Assembly (NCBI RefSeq): GCF_030144855.1
Contig: NC_082734.1
Coordinates: 30,504,001 to 30,568,000 of the forward strand
Source of the DNA: Hypanus sabinus
Taxonomy: Eukaryota
Length of the DNA stretch: 64,000 bases
Reading direction: 5' to 3'
Part shown: positions 61,105 through 64,000 of the stretch, one piece after another
How positions within the stretch are numbered: position 1 is the stretch's first letter
Layout of the letters: each line of letters starts with the position of its first letter
Made by a program: the position numbers and the translations under genes
Notes under the pieces: generated by a model
What the model saw: the letters and a program-made list of their open reading frames with translations, nothing else
Databases searched by the model: none
What the model was told of the DNA's origin: nothing

Positions 61105-63105
61105 CTATATCATTTTTTTTCCTTCAGTTTTTTATTTGAATGGTCTATGCAGGTAAGGATAGGTAAGATATATTTGGTTTTCTATGAGACAGAGAATGGG
61201 ACCCCACAAGGCAGTATTTTATGCCCTTTGTTGTTTAATATTATGATTAATAATATTTTCTCTGAGATGTGTACTGGGGCGGGTAAATCATTTTTGCAGA
61301 TTATGGAGCTTTATGGATTAGAGGTAGAAATTTCAATTGAACTATAAGATGCAATATAAGATGTAACAATATAACATATATAACAATATAAGATGCAATT
61401 AGTGATTAATAAGATCGAACAGTAGGCAAATAGGTGGGGTTTTAAACTTTCAGTAGCTAAAACACAAGTGATGTGTTTTACAAAGGCGATCAATAGACCT
61501 TCACTTGATTTGAAATTACATAGTCAAACTCTTGAGGTGTCAGTGGTAAGACTTCTCAGCAAGTGGCTGGATAATAAACTGACATGGAAGCACCGTATCA
61601 GTAAAATACTTGATAAATATAAAGGAGCACTAAATATTCTTAGGTGTCTATGTGGGTATTATGGGGCTGCTACTCAAAAATCTTTGTTTACCATTTATAT
61701 TTGTTTAATTCAATCTGTACTTGATTATGGCTGTGAAGTTTATGGATCAGCTCCATCTTCAAATTTGGACGTGATACAAGCACTGTGGTAGGTACAGTAA
61801 GGTTGTCTCCTGTTTTGGCTTTACAGGTTGAAATGGGACAATTATCCTTACAGTTGTGAAGGGTGAAGTTGATGTTAATGTACTGGATTCATTTGAGGAG
61901 GCAGAGGAATGTTGTTAGAAGTATGATGGAAGACTTCTGGGAACATCACGAGTGTTTTTAGTTTTGGGTGGCTAGGATCACCACTCGGAATATGAGTTTG
62001 CTGGATTATGCAATATGTCCCGCTGTAGCTTTCTTGGTAACCGCACCTTGTTATTTTTTCCAATGGCTTTAGTTGATTGTAGTTGATTTAATGAAGTCCA
62101 AGGATCCTGATATGTCAGTTCATCAGCATCTTGAAAATTATTGTGATACATTAACCATTTTTACTGGTGCATCAAAAGATAATTTAACTGGGAATGTTGG
62201 TGTGGCTGCTTTTGTGCTTGATTTACAGATAACAATAAAGAAACGCCTTACTAACCATTTATCAGTATATACTGCAGAATTGTCCGCCATCATTTTGGGC
62301 TGACAGAGGACAGAGGAAATTTGTCCTTGCAAAATTATAATTTGTTCAGATTCTTTTTCTGTTTTGATTAGCAGTAGGTCAGATTTACTGCTGGAAGCTC
62401 TTCAAACTTTATTTCATATTTCAAAGTTTTGGTTTACAAGTCTACCTATGGGTCGCAGCGCATAGAGGTGTTAAGGGGAATGAGTGGATTGATTGCTTGG
62501 CCAAAAAGGCTGTTAAAATTTCATCTGTGGATATAGACCTTCCACTTAGCAAATCAGAAGCTAGGAGGTTGGGTGGGGTTAAGAATTAGGGGATTATGGC
62601 AAGGCTTGTGTAAGACACCTTTACAGAATATATAAAACTGTTGGATTGATGGGAGAAGGGGGTAAAATAAGAAGGGAGGGGAATTATATTAACTCGACTT
62701 AGAATTAGGCATATTATGCTTAATTATTCCTTATACCTTGTTGGAAATTCTCACTCTGGGTGTGTAGGTTTTTTCATCATTACAAAACATCTGAACACAT
62801 TCTTTAACAATGTGAAGTATACAAGGTTGAAAGAAATCAAATGCAGGCTTCACTACCATCTTTGGGGGTTTATAGTTTTTATTTTAAAACTTTACTAAGT
62901 TATGGAAGTGATTTTAATTGAATTCACAATGTTGTCTTTCAGTATTTACAATCTATAGGGCTTTTTGGGTAATTTAGTTTTCATCTGATAAAGAATTAGT
63001 AGGGGTTTTATTTTCCAGTTCTCTACACCACACTCCAGTCCGGTTGGTGGCAGTAATGCACCTTTAAGCTGGACTACCAACCGCCTTTAAAAGTCAGAAG
63101 AAGAC
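61105..63105 (+). mobile_element. I/Nimb-clade LINE 3' half with RNase H domain, decayed
   Basis: GTPQGSILCPLLFNIMIN; IQSVLDYGCEVY; RNase H IFTGASK...SVYTAELSAI...ICSDS...HRGVKGNE; structured 3' end and GAA-type tail. Confidence 0.85.
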
Positions 63106-63379
63106 AACACACTGCGTGTGTTGACTGCGCACTCGGGATCGAAAAAAATCGGAAGTTCTCTAAGTCGGAACAGGTATATCCAGTATTATTTAGCGTCAGT
63201 TAGTCAAACTTTTGCATTCATATATAGTATATATTTTACCTTTCTATGTACTTAAGAACGTATGTTTCAGCGCCAGGCTCGGGAAGTTCCCGAGTTTGAT
63301 CTAGTGACAGATGGCCTCTTGACTGGAGCCAAAATTTCTGCAAACATTTTGCCAAGCTTGATGATCAACCAAATTTCCA

Positions 63380-63962
63380 GTTGTATAAGATGTTGGTGAG
63401 GCCTAATTTGGAGTATTGTGCAGTTTTGGTCACCTACTTACAGGAAAGATGTAAATAAGTTTGAAAGCATACACAGAAAATTTACAAGGGTGTTACCAGG
63501 ACTGGAGGACCTGAATTATGAGGAAAGATTGAATAGGTTAGGACTTTATTCCTTGGAAAACAGAAGATTGAGGGGAAATTTGATAAAGGTATACAAAATT
63601 ATGAGGGGTATAGATAGGGTAATTGCAAACAGGCTTTTTTCCACTGAGATTAGGTGGGACTATAACAAGAGGTCATGGTTCAAGGTGAAAGGTGAAAAGT
63701 TTGAGGGTGAAAGGTGGAAAGTTTAAGGGGAAGATGAGGGGTAAGTTCTTCATTCAGAGGGTTGTGAGAGTGAGGAATGACCTGCCAGGGCCAGTGATGC
63801 ATGTGAACTTGATTTCAATGTTTAAGAGAAATTTGGATAGTCACATAGAAAGTAGGGGTATGGAGGGCTATGGTCCAGGTGCAGGTCGATGGGAGTAAGC
63901 AGTTTAAATGGTTTGGCATGGACTAGATAGGGTCAAGGGTCTGTACCTGTGCTGTATTTTTC
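63380..63962 (+). mobile_element. CR1 3' fragment
   Basis: QFWSPTYRKDV...LGLYSLENRRLRGNLIKVYKIM. Confidence 0.9.
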
Positions 63963-64000
63963 TACAAATTACAATGGGAGGTGGGAAAGGAATGTAAAAA

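Overview
Eukaryotic, TE-saturated vertebrate DNA, most likely a cartilaginous fish (ray/shark). This is inferred from the repeat complement: CR1, Rex1/Babar, Neptune-type Penelope, V-SINE, Gmr1-like Gypsy. The only clear host genes form a replication-dependent histone cluster: H2B (+, 3' part hidden by an N-run), H2A (-), a divergent H1 (+) and canonical H3.2 (+), each with a 3' stem-loop and U7-binding element. No H4 is in the window. Decayed C2H2 zinc-finger remnants follow. The rest is nested transposons and minisatellites: an almost complete Gmr1-like LTR element (PR-IN-RT-RH order, tRNA-Pro PBS), two solo LTRs with TSDs, a hAT, young CR1 copies, Rex1, an I/Nimb LINE and an ERV RNase H scrap. 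Best second-look items: (1) a probable unannotated stalk+TM exon with an intramembrane Arg, resembling NKp30/FcR-gamma-pairing activating receptors; (2) minimal, dimer-type hammerhead ribozyme motifs in the Penelope terminal repeats; (3) an orphan H2A-type promoter whose gene is missing; (4) unusual substitutions in H2B, H2A and H1; (5) a SCAN-like Gmr1 capsid upstream of ZNF relics on the same strand. I see no evidence for a wholly new multi-gene system. All calls are by eye, and TE boundaries without TSDs are approximate.
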